DNA from: a virus
DNA length: 64,000 bases
Strand: one strand, 5' to 3'
IMG/VR virus record: IMGVR_UViG_3300045988_130750
Coordinates: 1-64,000 of that record
Shown here: positions 55,130 to 62,089 of the stretch, one piece after another
Position numbering within the stretch: position 1 is the stretch's first letter
Layout: every line of letters starts with the position of its first letter
Position numbers and translations under genes: made by a program
The notes under the pieces: generated by a model
Told to the model about the DNA's origin: nothing
Database searches by the model: none
What the model saw: the letters and a program-made list of their open reading frames with translations, nothing else

Positions 55130-56164
55130 TTATTTATTGGGATTAGTAATCCTATGATTTTTCATATTTAATTTTTTATCATAATTACATAAATTATAAA
55201 TATTTCCTTGTCTTAATCTGGTTTGCACTGTTTGTATAGAACAATCAAGCTTATTGGAAATTTTTTCTACTGAATATCCTTTATTCCATAATTTACAATA
55301 TTTTGATACTACATTCTGTGTTGCAAATTTGCTACATTCAAATTCGGATATATTTGAAAAATCAATAAAAGTTAATACAGATTTTGCTATATTATATAGA
55401 TTGTTTTGATCTCTTGCATCTATAACATAATATGATAGTCCATTTTTTATAGCTGTATCATATTTTAATTTATCTGATGATATACATTCAAGGTATTGTT
55501 GTTCAGCAGTTCTCTGTTCTCTATTTGGATTTTTAATTGGTTCGTAATGTTGTACTCCGTTTATTTCGACAATAGCATTATATTTTGGAAGATATACGTC
55601 ATACCATCTATTTTGTAACCAATTAAATTCTTTTTGAACTTCAAATTCTATTCCAGCTTGTATAAATATGGAAAATATAAATCTTTCAGTCCAAGAACTT
55701 CTAATTCCACAAACAGGACAAGATGATAATATCTCTTCACGAGTTTCATATTTATATCCACAGGATAAACATTTTAATTTATATCCTCTTGCAGTTTCAT
55801 AACCTTTTGATGATTTTACAGAAATCCTACATTGCTCAATTACTTTAGATTTTTGAAAATCTTTGTCTATAATATTTCCAACATTATATTTATATTTTCT
55901 TGTATTTACATTTTTATTGAGAAAAGTAGGGATTCTTAATTGAAGTAAATTTGATGTAGAAGTTGTCATTATATTGTCTTGATATTGAATTGTAATGAGA
56001 TTTTTCCGATTAATAGATTCATAATCTATAATTTTAATTATTCCTTCTAAGTCATCATATTGAAATGGTAACTCCTTGCCTATATTCTCTTTCCAATAGA
56101 AGTGTCCTTTATTATTACCTGAAGTATATTTCGTGAGAGTAGAAGTGTCTAAGTATTTTGTCAT
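55130..56164 (-). CDS. homing-endonuclease-like protein, Vsr/DUF559-type nuclease with Zn ribbon and C-terminal HTH
   Basis: CLSCG...CPVCG; WYDVYLPKYNAIVEINGVQH...DTAIKNGLSYYVIDA core; N-terminal region collinear with 5650-7260. Confidence 0.6.
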   Translation of the reverse strand: MTKYLDTSTLTKYTSGNNKGHFYWKENIGKELPFQYDDLEGIIKIIDYESINRKNLITIQYQDNIMTTSTSNLLQLRIPTFLNKNVNTRKYKYNVGNIIDKDFQKSKVIEQCRISVKSSKGYETARGYKLKCLSCGYKYETREEILSSCPVCGIRSSWTERFIFSIFIQAGIEFEVQKEFNWLQNRWYDVYLPKYNAIVEINGVQHYEPIKNPNREQRTAEQQYLECISSDKLKYDTAIKNGLSYYVIDARDQNNLYNIAKSVLTFIDFSNISEFECSKFATQNVVSKYCKLWNKGYSVEKISNKLDCSIQTVQTRLRQGNIYNLCNYDKKLNMKNHRITNPNK

Positions 56165-56198
56165 TTAATTCCTCCTTAAATAGAAAATGTTTTTGTTA

Positions 56199-56216
56199 CA
56201 TTTATTTATTCTCTAT
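56199..56216 (-). promoter_or_regulatory. recurrent GAGAATA promoter-like motif
   Basis: minus-sense ATAGAGAATAAATAAATG upstream of 55130-56164. Confidence 0.4.
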
Positions 56217-56530
56217 TCGATTGGAGTTTTATTTAAAAAATTGATATCGAAAAAGTATTTGATTTTCTTGGTGATTTTTTGATATGTGATTAATTTTTAA
56301 TAATGAAAAATTTTAAAAAATGACTATTTAGGTGTTTAAAACGCTTATTTATAAGGGGATTTCACGATACGGTATACGATAAGAGTAATTTCTGTTAAAA
56401 TTATGATTTTTGCTTAATTTTCTTGGGATTTCAGAAGTTAAAATCTGAAGTGTGTGTCGAGATGAATCAGCTATATGGATTCCAGAAAAAACAAGCTGCG
56501 GATCTAGTTTTTAGTACCCCGGTCAAACAC

Positions 56531-56764
56531 TTGTTCGATAAAACATACCATAATAGTACAATATTAGAGTATGTTTTTATTAGAACGTTTGTTCGATATA
56601 ATCAGATCTGGACTATTAGAGCAGAATGTACTAGAACGTATGTTTGGATATATTTTTGTATCGTTTCAAATCCCCACTTTTATGTTAAAATCAATCAAAA
56701 AATGGTCATTACTCACCACTTTCCACCCAAAAACCTATATAAAAATGGGATAACTCACCACTTT
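56531..56764. repeat. direct-repeat (iteron-like) cluster
   Basis: TTGTTCGATA at 56531 and 56589; ATTAGAG...TAGAACGT(T/A)TGTT units at 56563-56598 and 56615-56650; ACTCACCACTTT at 56711 and 56753. Confidence 0.55.
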
Positions 56765-56800
56765 GATATAAAATCAGATAAATTTTAAAAAATATTTAAA

Positions 56801-56835
56801 AAGTAGTTGACAAGTAGTGATAAAAGTATTATTAT
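56801..56835 (+). promoter_or_regulatory. promoter P1 with AAGTAGT half-sites
   Basis: AAGTAGT-TGAC-AAGTAGT around -35 TTGACA (56807-12); 17 nt; TATTAT (56830-35). Confidence 0.5.
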
Positions 56836-56902
56836 ATAGTCAAGTCAAGAGGATACAACATGATGGTTGAAACGACATTGACAAAAATATTTTAAATAAC
56901 TA

Positions 56903-56931
56903 TTGACAAACTACTTACAAAGTAGTACAAT
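56903..56931 (+). promoter_or_regulatory. promoter P2 of the RHH gene with palindromic operator in the spacer
   Basis: TTGACA (56903-08), 17 nt, TACAAT (56926-31); palindrome ACTACTT-ACA-AAGTAGT at 56910-56926. Confidence 0.6.
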
Positions 56932-56955
56932 CTAATTATCAAATAAAGGAGGGAT

Positions 56956-57153
56956 GTGATTACCACGGCAGACAAAAAACAATTAAATACTCCGATACAA
57001 GCTGATATTCTGGATAATTTCAGATTAACTTGTAAAGAGTATAATCTTAATATGAATGTTGTTTTAGAAGCATTACTAAAAGATTTTAGCAATGGCAATT
57101 ATAGTATTATCATCAATAGAGGCAATGATATACAGGTCAAGAAAAATATTTAA
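56956..57153 (+). CDS. ribbon-helix-helix (Arc/MetJ/CopG-like) repressor
   Basis: GTG start 8 nt after AAGGAGGG; KKQLNTPIQADILDNFRLTCKEYNLNMNVVLEALLKDF = beta-strand plus two helices. Confidence 0.6.
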   Translation: MITTADKKQLNTPIQADILDNFRLTCKEYNLNMNVVLEALLKDFSNGNYSIIINRGNDIQVKKNI

Positions 57154-57155
57154 AA

Positions 57156-57189
57156 ACTACTTGACAAGTAGTAAACAACATGATATATT
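57156..57189 (+). promoter_or_regulatory. promoter P3 with 17-bp perfect palindrome over the -35
   Basis: ACTACTTG-A-CAAGTAGT (57156-57172) containing TTGACA (57161-66); 17 nt; TG-n-TATATT (57181-89). Confidence 0.6.
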
Positions 57190-57385
57190 ATAGTCACAGG
57201 GTAACAAAAAACCCTGTACCACCTAAAAAGATAGTACAGGGCATTTGAAAAGATTGTATAAGTGTATATACAACCTAATCAGAACAATTAGATTATACAA
57301 TTCTTTTCAATAGCTGTCAAGTCCGGCAGTAATAAATCCCTTATTATAAACCAGCACTAAAAATCATAAATAAGTACATTGATAA

Positions 57386-57415
57386 TTGAATAAAGGCTTT
57401 ACACTATGGTATAAT
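57386..57415 (+). promoter_or_regulatory. extended -10 promoter of the 57443-57580 micro-gene
   Basis: TTGAAT (57386-91), 18 nt, TG-g-TATAAT (57407-15). Confidence 0.55.
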
Positions 57416-57442
57416 ACCACTAACGAAAGAAGGTGGTAGAAA

Positions 57443-57580
57443 GTGAGTGAATACATGACGGGTAAAGAAGTAGTAAACCTTATAACAGCTCTCGAAAAAG
57501 AAGGTATGACAGCCGAAAAGATTATTGAAATAATCAAGTATATTGAAACGGCAGACCCGAAAGACCCTAGTAACAATTAA
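57443..57580 (+). CDS. hypothetical micro-protein (45 aa)
   Basis: GTG 6 nt after GAAGGTGG; hydrophilic helical peptide; own promoter and terminator. Confidence 0.4.
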   Translation: MSEYMTGKEVVNLITALEKEGMTAEKIIEIIKYIETADPKDPSNN

Positions 57581-57607
57581 CCAATAGTAACTCTATAAAC
57601 CCTATCT

Positions 57608-57652
57608 AAGGTGTAAAGTCTTTATTGAATTATCAAGGCTTTACACCTTTTT
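57608..57652 (+). terminator. rho-independent terminator
   Basis: AAGGTGTAAAG ... CTTTACACCTT 11-bp stem followed by TTT. Confidence 0.65.
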
Positions 57653-58248
57653 AATTATGTTAGCACATCTGTAGACCGGACACCGAACCGGACTTGATAC
57701 CATTAGTCAAGATAGAACCATCCAAGAACGATGTAAAACCTCACGGCTACTTGTACAGCCTACCCGAAGTGGTATAAAAAAAGCTATCATATATAGCAAC
57801 GTACATAGGCACTTGATAGCAGTTATCAAGAGGTCGGATTAATACCTTAAAGAAACAATCCAGTCAAGCCACACTATAGCAGGCACGTAGTAGCAGGAAC
57901 GATAGTTACCTCATAAGTAGTGAAGTCGCTACTTATTACCATTCCGGCGTTGTGTAACCGGCAAGATAGCAACTCATAAACGTATTTAAAAATTCTTTTG
58001 AGTGTTTCACTCATTCAGTGATAGTAAACATTAAATTATATACGAGGTTTATTCTATCACATTTCCAGGTTTGTTTCAAACCATAGAATCTTTAAATATA
58101 GTACCGCTTTTTATGTCAAGCGTTAAAAAATGATAATAAGACATAGTTATAGCAGTGTTCGCAAGCTATGACAAAAATATATACTTTGCACATTATAATA
58201 ATTATCAAGAAGTAACCTATAAGACCAGGCGAAAAAGTTTAAAAATCA

Positions 58249-58336
58249 GGTCATAAAGTGCCAGGCACATTCTACGCTTTTTGAGCGGTGCGTATTAAAA
58301 CGCTTTAGGAAGTCGGTTCAAATCCGACTATGACCT
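58249..58336 (+). ncRNA. tRNA-like element T1 (acceptor plus canonical T-arm, non-canonical core)
   Basis: GGTCATA/TATGACC acceptor; GTCGG-TTCAAAT-CCGAC T-arm; the interior 56 nt forms three short hairpins but no standard D or anticodon arm. Confidence 0.45.
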
Positions 58337-58389
58337 TTTACCCAAAAATATATTGCACTCATGCGTTAAATGGGAGAAAGAAGGATATT

Positions 58390-59187
58390 ATGTTAAAATC
58401 TGAAAAATTCTATTCAAAAACTAATGCACTCAAAGACACTACTTTTGACTTTGCAGGTCATGTTCGTACACTTGTACGCCACACTGAATTATCACGGATG
58501 CAGGATAAGAAGTCATTCAAGGATGGCAAAAAAGCCCTTGAGGATTTACACGCTAATATTGACGTTATGACTTGCGAAAAGTCTATTATCAATGAGGCTT
58601 TAGGTGTAGACGCTGGGCAGTTCATCAAAGACCGTGAAGAGATTATTGCACTTAAGGAAGAAATTGCAAGCCTTCCTATTACTATTGACCAGGTAACTGC
58701 ATTGTGTCCTACTGACCGTGTGCATATTACTTTGATGGCTCATGCTATCTATAAGAATGTACAGCTTGATGCGGATATTTTCGATACTGAAAAAGGCGGT
58801 GTTGATATTTCTAAAGCTATTCACGCTTACTACAGTAAAGGCTCTATTAAGGACTTAAAGGATGCTTTGCGTCCAATATTCAATAAGTTAATCGGTTCTG
58901 AAGGTGACCATTTCTACGGCATTAAACCCAAAAAGTCCGACTTTACCGAAAAAGACCTTCGCAACTTCCTTGCTACTTTTGGCGGTTCTGCTAAACGTGA
59001 GCAGGTCAAGTCTAAAAAGGATGGAGTAGAAACAATCACATTCAAGGATTTTAACTATACAGACAAATCAGGCAATAAAAAAGTACAGATTACAGCCTTT
59101 ACAACTCTTTGTGCAGTAGTCCTTGATAATGCATCAAAACACGAAGTTATTAAACCAGAAGAGAAGAAGAAAGAAGAAGCAAAATAG
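58390..59187 (+). CDS. hypothetical protein (265 aa)
   Basis: start moved to ATG 58390 (GAGAAAGAAGG RBS); the track start 58330 lies inside the tRNA-like acceptor stem. Confidence 0.6.
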   Translation: MLKSEKFYSKTNALKDTTFDFAGHVRTLVRHTELSRMQDKKSFKDGKKALEDLHANIDVMTCEKSIINEALGVDAGQFIKDREEIIALKEEIASLPITIDQVTALCPTDRVHITLMAHAIYKNVQLDADIFDTEKGGVDISKAIHAYYSKGSIKDLKDALRPIFNKLIGSEGDHFYGIKPKKSDFTEKDLRNFLATFGGSAKREQVKSKKDGVETITFKDFNYTDKSGNKKVQITAFTTLCAVVLDNASKHEVIKPEEKKKEEAK

Positions 59188-59235
59188 GATAACGGCTCAC
59201 GCTGGGTTAGCAGGGTTCGATTCCCTGCTTATCCT
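59187..59235 (+). ncRNA. tRNA-like mini-helix T2 (acceptor plus T-arm only)
   Basis: GGATAA/TTATCC stem enclosing GCAGGG-TTCGATT-CCCTGC; starts at the last base of the stop codon. Confidence 0.4.
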
Positions 59236-59295
59236 TTAAAAACTATAAACGCAAATTAGGGCTACAAGTCTGCCCATTTTTAAGGAGGAATCACC

Positions 59296-59769
59296 ATGAT
59301 TAAGCATGAACCAAAATTTTATGTGCGACTTTGCAAGGGGAAATCTGTAAATTTCCCTGATAATTTTACAATCTATCCTGGTTCGATTTATGGACGTTTT
59401 CAAGACTCAAAAGGCAAACGTATTTTCTGGGTGTGTGATTCTTACACACTATCAGATGATAAACTTCCAGTGCATATTTTTAATGGATTATACTGGAAAT
59501 TATGCCTAGTTTCTGTGGATCATCCATGCTATCAGTGGGTAAAGTCTGCGATTGAATCAATGGGTAAAGTGCCTAAAATTCAAAAGGAAAATGTAACTTT
59601 TGATGATTGTAAAAATATGATGAAGTCATATTCTTTGCATAAAAAAGGAATTGGTTCACGGATTAACACGCACCAAATCAACAACCCGTTGCAATGGAAT
59701 GAGGTCACTGAAACTGCGCATTGGTATGGTAAAGGAAACGCAAGCGTAGTTGCGTCAAATATTAGATAG
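59296..59769 (+). CDS. hypothetical protein (157 aa)
   Basis: AAGGAGG RBS. Confidence 0.6.
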   Translation: MIKHEPKFYVRLCKGKSVNFPDNFTIYPGSIYGRFQDSKGKRIFWVCDSYTLSDDKLPVHIFNGLYWKLCLVSVDHPCYQWVKSAIESMGKVPKIQKENVTFDDCKNMMKSYSLHKKGIGSRINTHQINNPLQWNEVTETAHWYGKGNASVVASNIR

Positions 59770-59784
59770 TTGGAGGGAAATACT

Positions 59785-60024
59785 ATGCTTAACACACTTG
59801 ATATGTACGGGATTTGTCACGAAATTTACAGGGATTTTAGGGGAAAATCTGTCTATGAAAAGACAGATGAAAATATACTTAATGTTATTTTTATGCTTTA
59901 TAATACAACAGAGATAGACTGCGAAGAAATTCGAGATTTATGGATTGAGTACCTTACAAAAGGGAGTTTGTCTATTCCTACAATGATACAACGTGCAAAA
60001 ATGCGCAGTTATAAGGCAAGCTAA
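59785..60024 (+). CDS. hypothetical protein (79 aa)
   Basis: start moved to ATG 59785 (GGAGGG RBS). Confidence 0.55.
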   Translation: MLNTLDMYGICHEIYRDFRGKSVYEKTDENILNVIFMLYNTTEIDCEEIRDLWIEYLTKGSLSIPTMIQRAKMRSYKAS

Positions 60025-60033
60025 ATACTTGCC

Positions 60034-60083
60034 TTCCGTCTTACGGTGAAAGTCCGTAACCGATGAGCAGAAGCGAAACGGAA
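60034..60083 (+). ncRNA. hammerhead-like self-cleaving ribozyme motif (type III topology)
   Basis: stem III UUCCG/CGGAA plus U-A; GUC cleavage triplet; stem I UUACGG/CCGUAA; core CCGAUGA (consensus CUGAUGA); stem II GC-AGAA-GC; GAA. Confidence 0.5.
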
Positions 60084-60158
60084 ATTGTAAAGGAGGCTGA
60101 TTATATGGTATCATATTAACTAGGCTATATGCCTAATAAACACAAATGGAGGATTACC

Positions 60159-60422
60159 ATGTTAAAAATCAATGAATGGTCTGTAAACCGTAGAATAGAA
60201 TCTTTACGTCAGATGGATAAAATGCTATCTGAAATGAACGTAGGATCTCGCTATACTATATGGCAGGAATACGGTGGAGGACTAAAGGCAACCGCAGACG
60301 AAACACGCGCAAACTGGAAACGCATTGCAGAAGATGATGAGCTATATCAAAATGCATTATTCTGTTATATGGTTTGCACACTTGAAAAGCAAACTCTCAA
60401 AGGTTGGGAAAACGTAAAATAG
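60159..60422 (+). CDS. hypothetical protein (87 aa)
   Basis: start moved to ATG 60159 (GGAGGA RBS). Confidence 0.55.
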   Translation: MLKINEWSVNRRIESLRQMDKMLSEMNVGSRYTIWQEYGGGLKATADETRANWKRIAEDDELYQNALFCYMVCTLEKQTLKGWENVK

Positions 60423-60514
60423 TCTGCGAATTAGGGCAAGGGAAACTTTGCCCTTTTACAAAATGGAAATTATATGCTAGAATTGGAGGTGAAAAAACAT
60501 TGGAGGCATATAAA

Positions 60515-60811
60515 GTGAAAGTAAGTTATAATAGGCTTTTTAACAAGTTAAAAGAAAATAGCGTAACACAAAAGCAATTTAGGGAAACCGTTGGAATTGG
60601 TGGAACTACTATGGCAAAACTAAAAAACAATGAATCAATCACGATAGATACTATATGTAACATTTGTGATTATTTTCGCTGTATGCCTGATGAAATAATG
60701 GAATTTATTCCAGAATCCAATTATCCAGCAGACATTATAGAAAAGCAAAGACAAAAAGAAGAGGTACAATCTCAAATCGCCTCTCTCCAAGCAAAACTAA
60801 AACAAATGTAA
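60515..60811 (+). CDS. XRE-family HTH protein
   Basis: start moved to GTG 60515 (GGAGG RBS); SVTQKQFRETVGIGGTTMAKLKNNESITIDTICNICDYFRCMPDEIMEF is a Cro/C1-type HTH. Confidence 0.65.
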   Translation: MKVSYNRLFNKLKENSVTQKQFRETVGIGGTTMAKLKNNESITIDTICNICDYFRCMPDEIMEFIPESNYPADIIEKQRQKEEVQSQIASLQAKLKQM

Positions 60812-60864
60812 ATAACCATCACCCACAAAGCACCCACGTAGGCAAACTACAAGGAGTAAGGATA

Positions 60865-61155
60865 ATGAGTAAAGCGAAAATAAATCCCAGGGGTTCTTCC
60901 TGGGATGAACTTGAGAAACAGTTGTTTAGTCCACAAGAGATTGCAGAAAGTGAAGCTAGAGTTGCAATTATCAACGAAATGATAAACGCAAGGGAAGAAA
61001 ATGGAATCACACAAAAACAACTTGAAGTAATGAGTGGAATTAAACAACCTGTTATTTCAAGAATGGAAAAGGGAATGACTGATCCACAGTTATCCACGGT
61101 TTTAAAGATTTTAAATTCATTAGGAAAAACAATTAAAATTGTACCTATGAAATAA
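60865..61155 (+). CDS. XRE-family HTH protein (HigA/antitoxin-like size)
   Basis: ENGITQKQLEVMSGIKQPVISRMEKGMTDPQLSTVLKILNSLGKTIKIV. Confidence 0.65.
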   Translation: MSKAKINPRGSSWDELEKQLFSPQEIAESEARVAIINEMINAREENGITQKQLEVMSGIKQPVISRMEKGMTDPQLSTVLKILNSLGKTIKIVPMK

Positions 61156-61325
61156 AAAAAGAAAATACATTGCGTAAAAATAAAATGAATAAATTACGGA
61201 GATACTCTGTATATTAGGTATAATATGCAGAGGATAATTAAATGAGCAATAGCATCTAATGGAAACAAAAATCTGTTAGGTGCTATTTTTATACCCAAAA
61301 ATGCAAATCAAAAGGAGGAAACCAC

Positions 61326-61553
61326 ATGAAAGCGAAAGTAATTTACATCATCGCAACAGCAGCACTCACATTATCAGCCTTTTTTACAGGCAAATTCACA
61401 GCACCAACCGTAATAAAAACGGAAACACCTACAGCATCGCAAACAAATAACTCTGACATGCTCAATATGAATACTGTCACAGATTTTGAAGCAACAAAAA
61501 CAGGATTAATGCTTTATACAAGCAATGGTGACGGATATTATTGGGAAAAATAA
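61326..61553 (+). CDS. small secreted/membrane-anchored protein
   Basis: N-terminal MKAKVIYIIATAALTLSAFF signal/TM segment; AAAGGAGG RBS. Confidence 0.55.
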   Translation: MKAKVIYIIATAALTLSAFFTGKFTAPTVIKTETPTASQTNNSDMLNMNTVTDFEATKTGLMLYTSNGDGYYWEK

Positions 61554-61588
61554 AATGGAAAAGAGAATAAAGGCAAAGGAGGTGTAAG

Positions 61589-61927
61589 ATGAAAAATATA
61601 TTATTTACAATTAAAACTGTCTATAGTGAAGAAAATTACTTTTTAAAGGCAAATGAAGAACAACCGATTGAATCACAAATTGACAACGCATTAGCAGAGA
61701 TATGTTTCTGCGATGCTTATGAGATTATCTCATATAAAGAAGTACCAAATGAATACGTTGAGCAAAGGGGAAGTCTCATAAAAGAATATGAGAAATTTTC
61801 TAACGAATCGGTTGAAGATACTTTTATGAATTGGAAATATGCAACTTTAGAAATAATTCAAAGCGAAATTGAATGCATAAAGCAAAGGAGGATGAAAGAT
61901 GTCAGAAAAACAGAAAGCAATTCATAA
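61589..61927 (+). CDS. hypothetical protein (112 aa)
   Basis: AAAGGAGG RBS. Confidence 0.55.
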   Translation: MKNILFTIKTVYSEENYFLKANEEQPIESQIDNALAEICFCDAYEIISYKEVPNEYVEQRGSLIKEYEKFSNESVEDTFMNWKYATLEIIQSEIECIKQRRMKDVRKTESNS

Positions 61928-62075
61928 TGCCTATTGCGACTATGAAGTAACAAAGGCAAAACAACCGTCACGGATTTATTCTGTTCGATTAGAAGTAAAA
62001 CGTAAACCACAGGGAATTAAAACTTATAACATGAGTAGAGCGATATTAGCAAGACAGTTAGCATCGCTTTTTTAA
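61899..62075 (+). CDS. hypothetical small protein (58 aa)
   Basis: AAAGGAGG RBS; overlaps the previous gene by 29 nt; below the ORF-track cutoff. Confidence 0.45.
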   Translation: MSEKQKAIHNAYCDYEVTKAKQPSRIYSVRLEVKRKPQGIKTYNMSRAILARQLASLF

Positions 62076-62089
62076 AGGAGGAAAAATAA

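Noticed and set aside
56423-56788. 121-aa and 60-aa plus-strand track ORFs. The same applies to 56892-57098, 57364-57576, 63214-63448, 40543-40746, 49220-49411, 54407-54592, 15021-15450 and 2721-2942.
   Set aside because: They lie across direct repeats, promoters, tRNA genes or the ends of real genes. They have no RBS and odd composition.
58330-58389. N-terminal extensions proposed by the ORF track, for example 58330 (inside the tRNA-like acceptor) and 45111 (overlapping tRNA-Lys). Also 7278, 8600, 15388, 16428, 23716, 23999, 26732, 35782, 41804, 48418, 52254, 52297, 52676, 59770, 60129, 60404 and 40475.
   Set aside because: In each case a downstream in-frame start has a properly spaced GGAGG-type RBS. 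The extension overlaps an RNA gene, a terminator or the preceding gene.
60044-60060. GGUGAAAGUCCGUAAC resembles the RNase P CR-I box (GAGGAAAGUCC) and the GGUGAAA-UCC segment of cobalamin riboswitches.
   Set aside because: The match is too short, none of the other conserved parts of either RNA is present, and the segment is fully explained as the stem I loop and 3' strand of the hammerhead-like fold.
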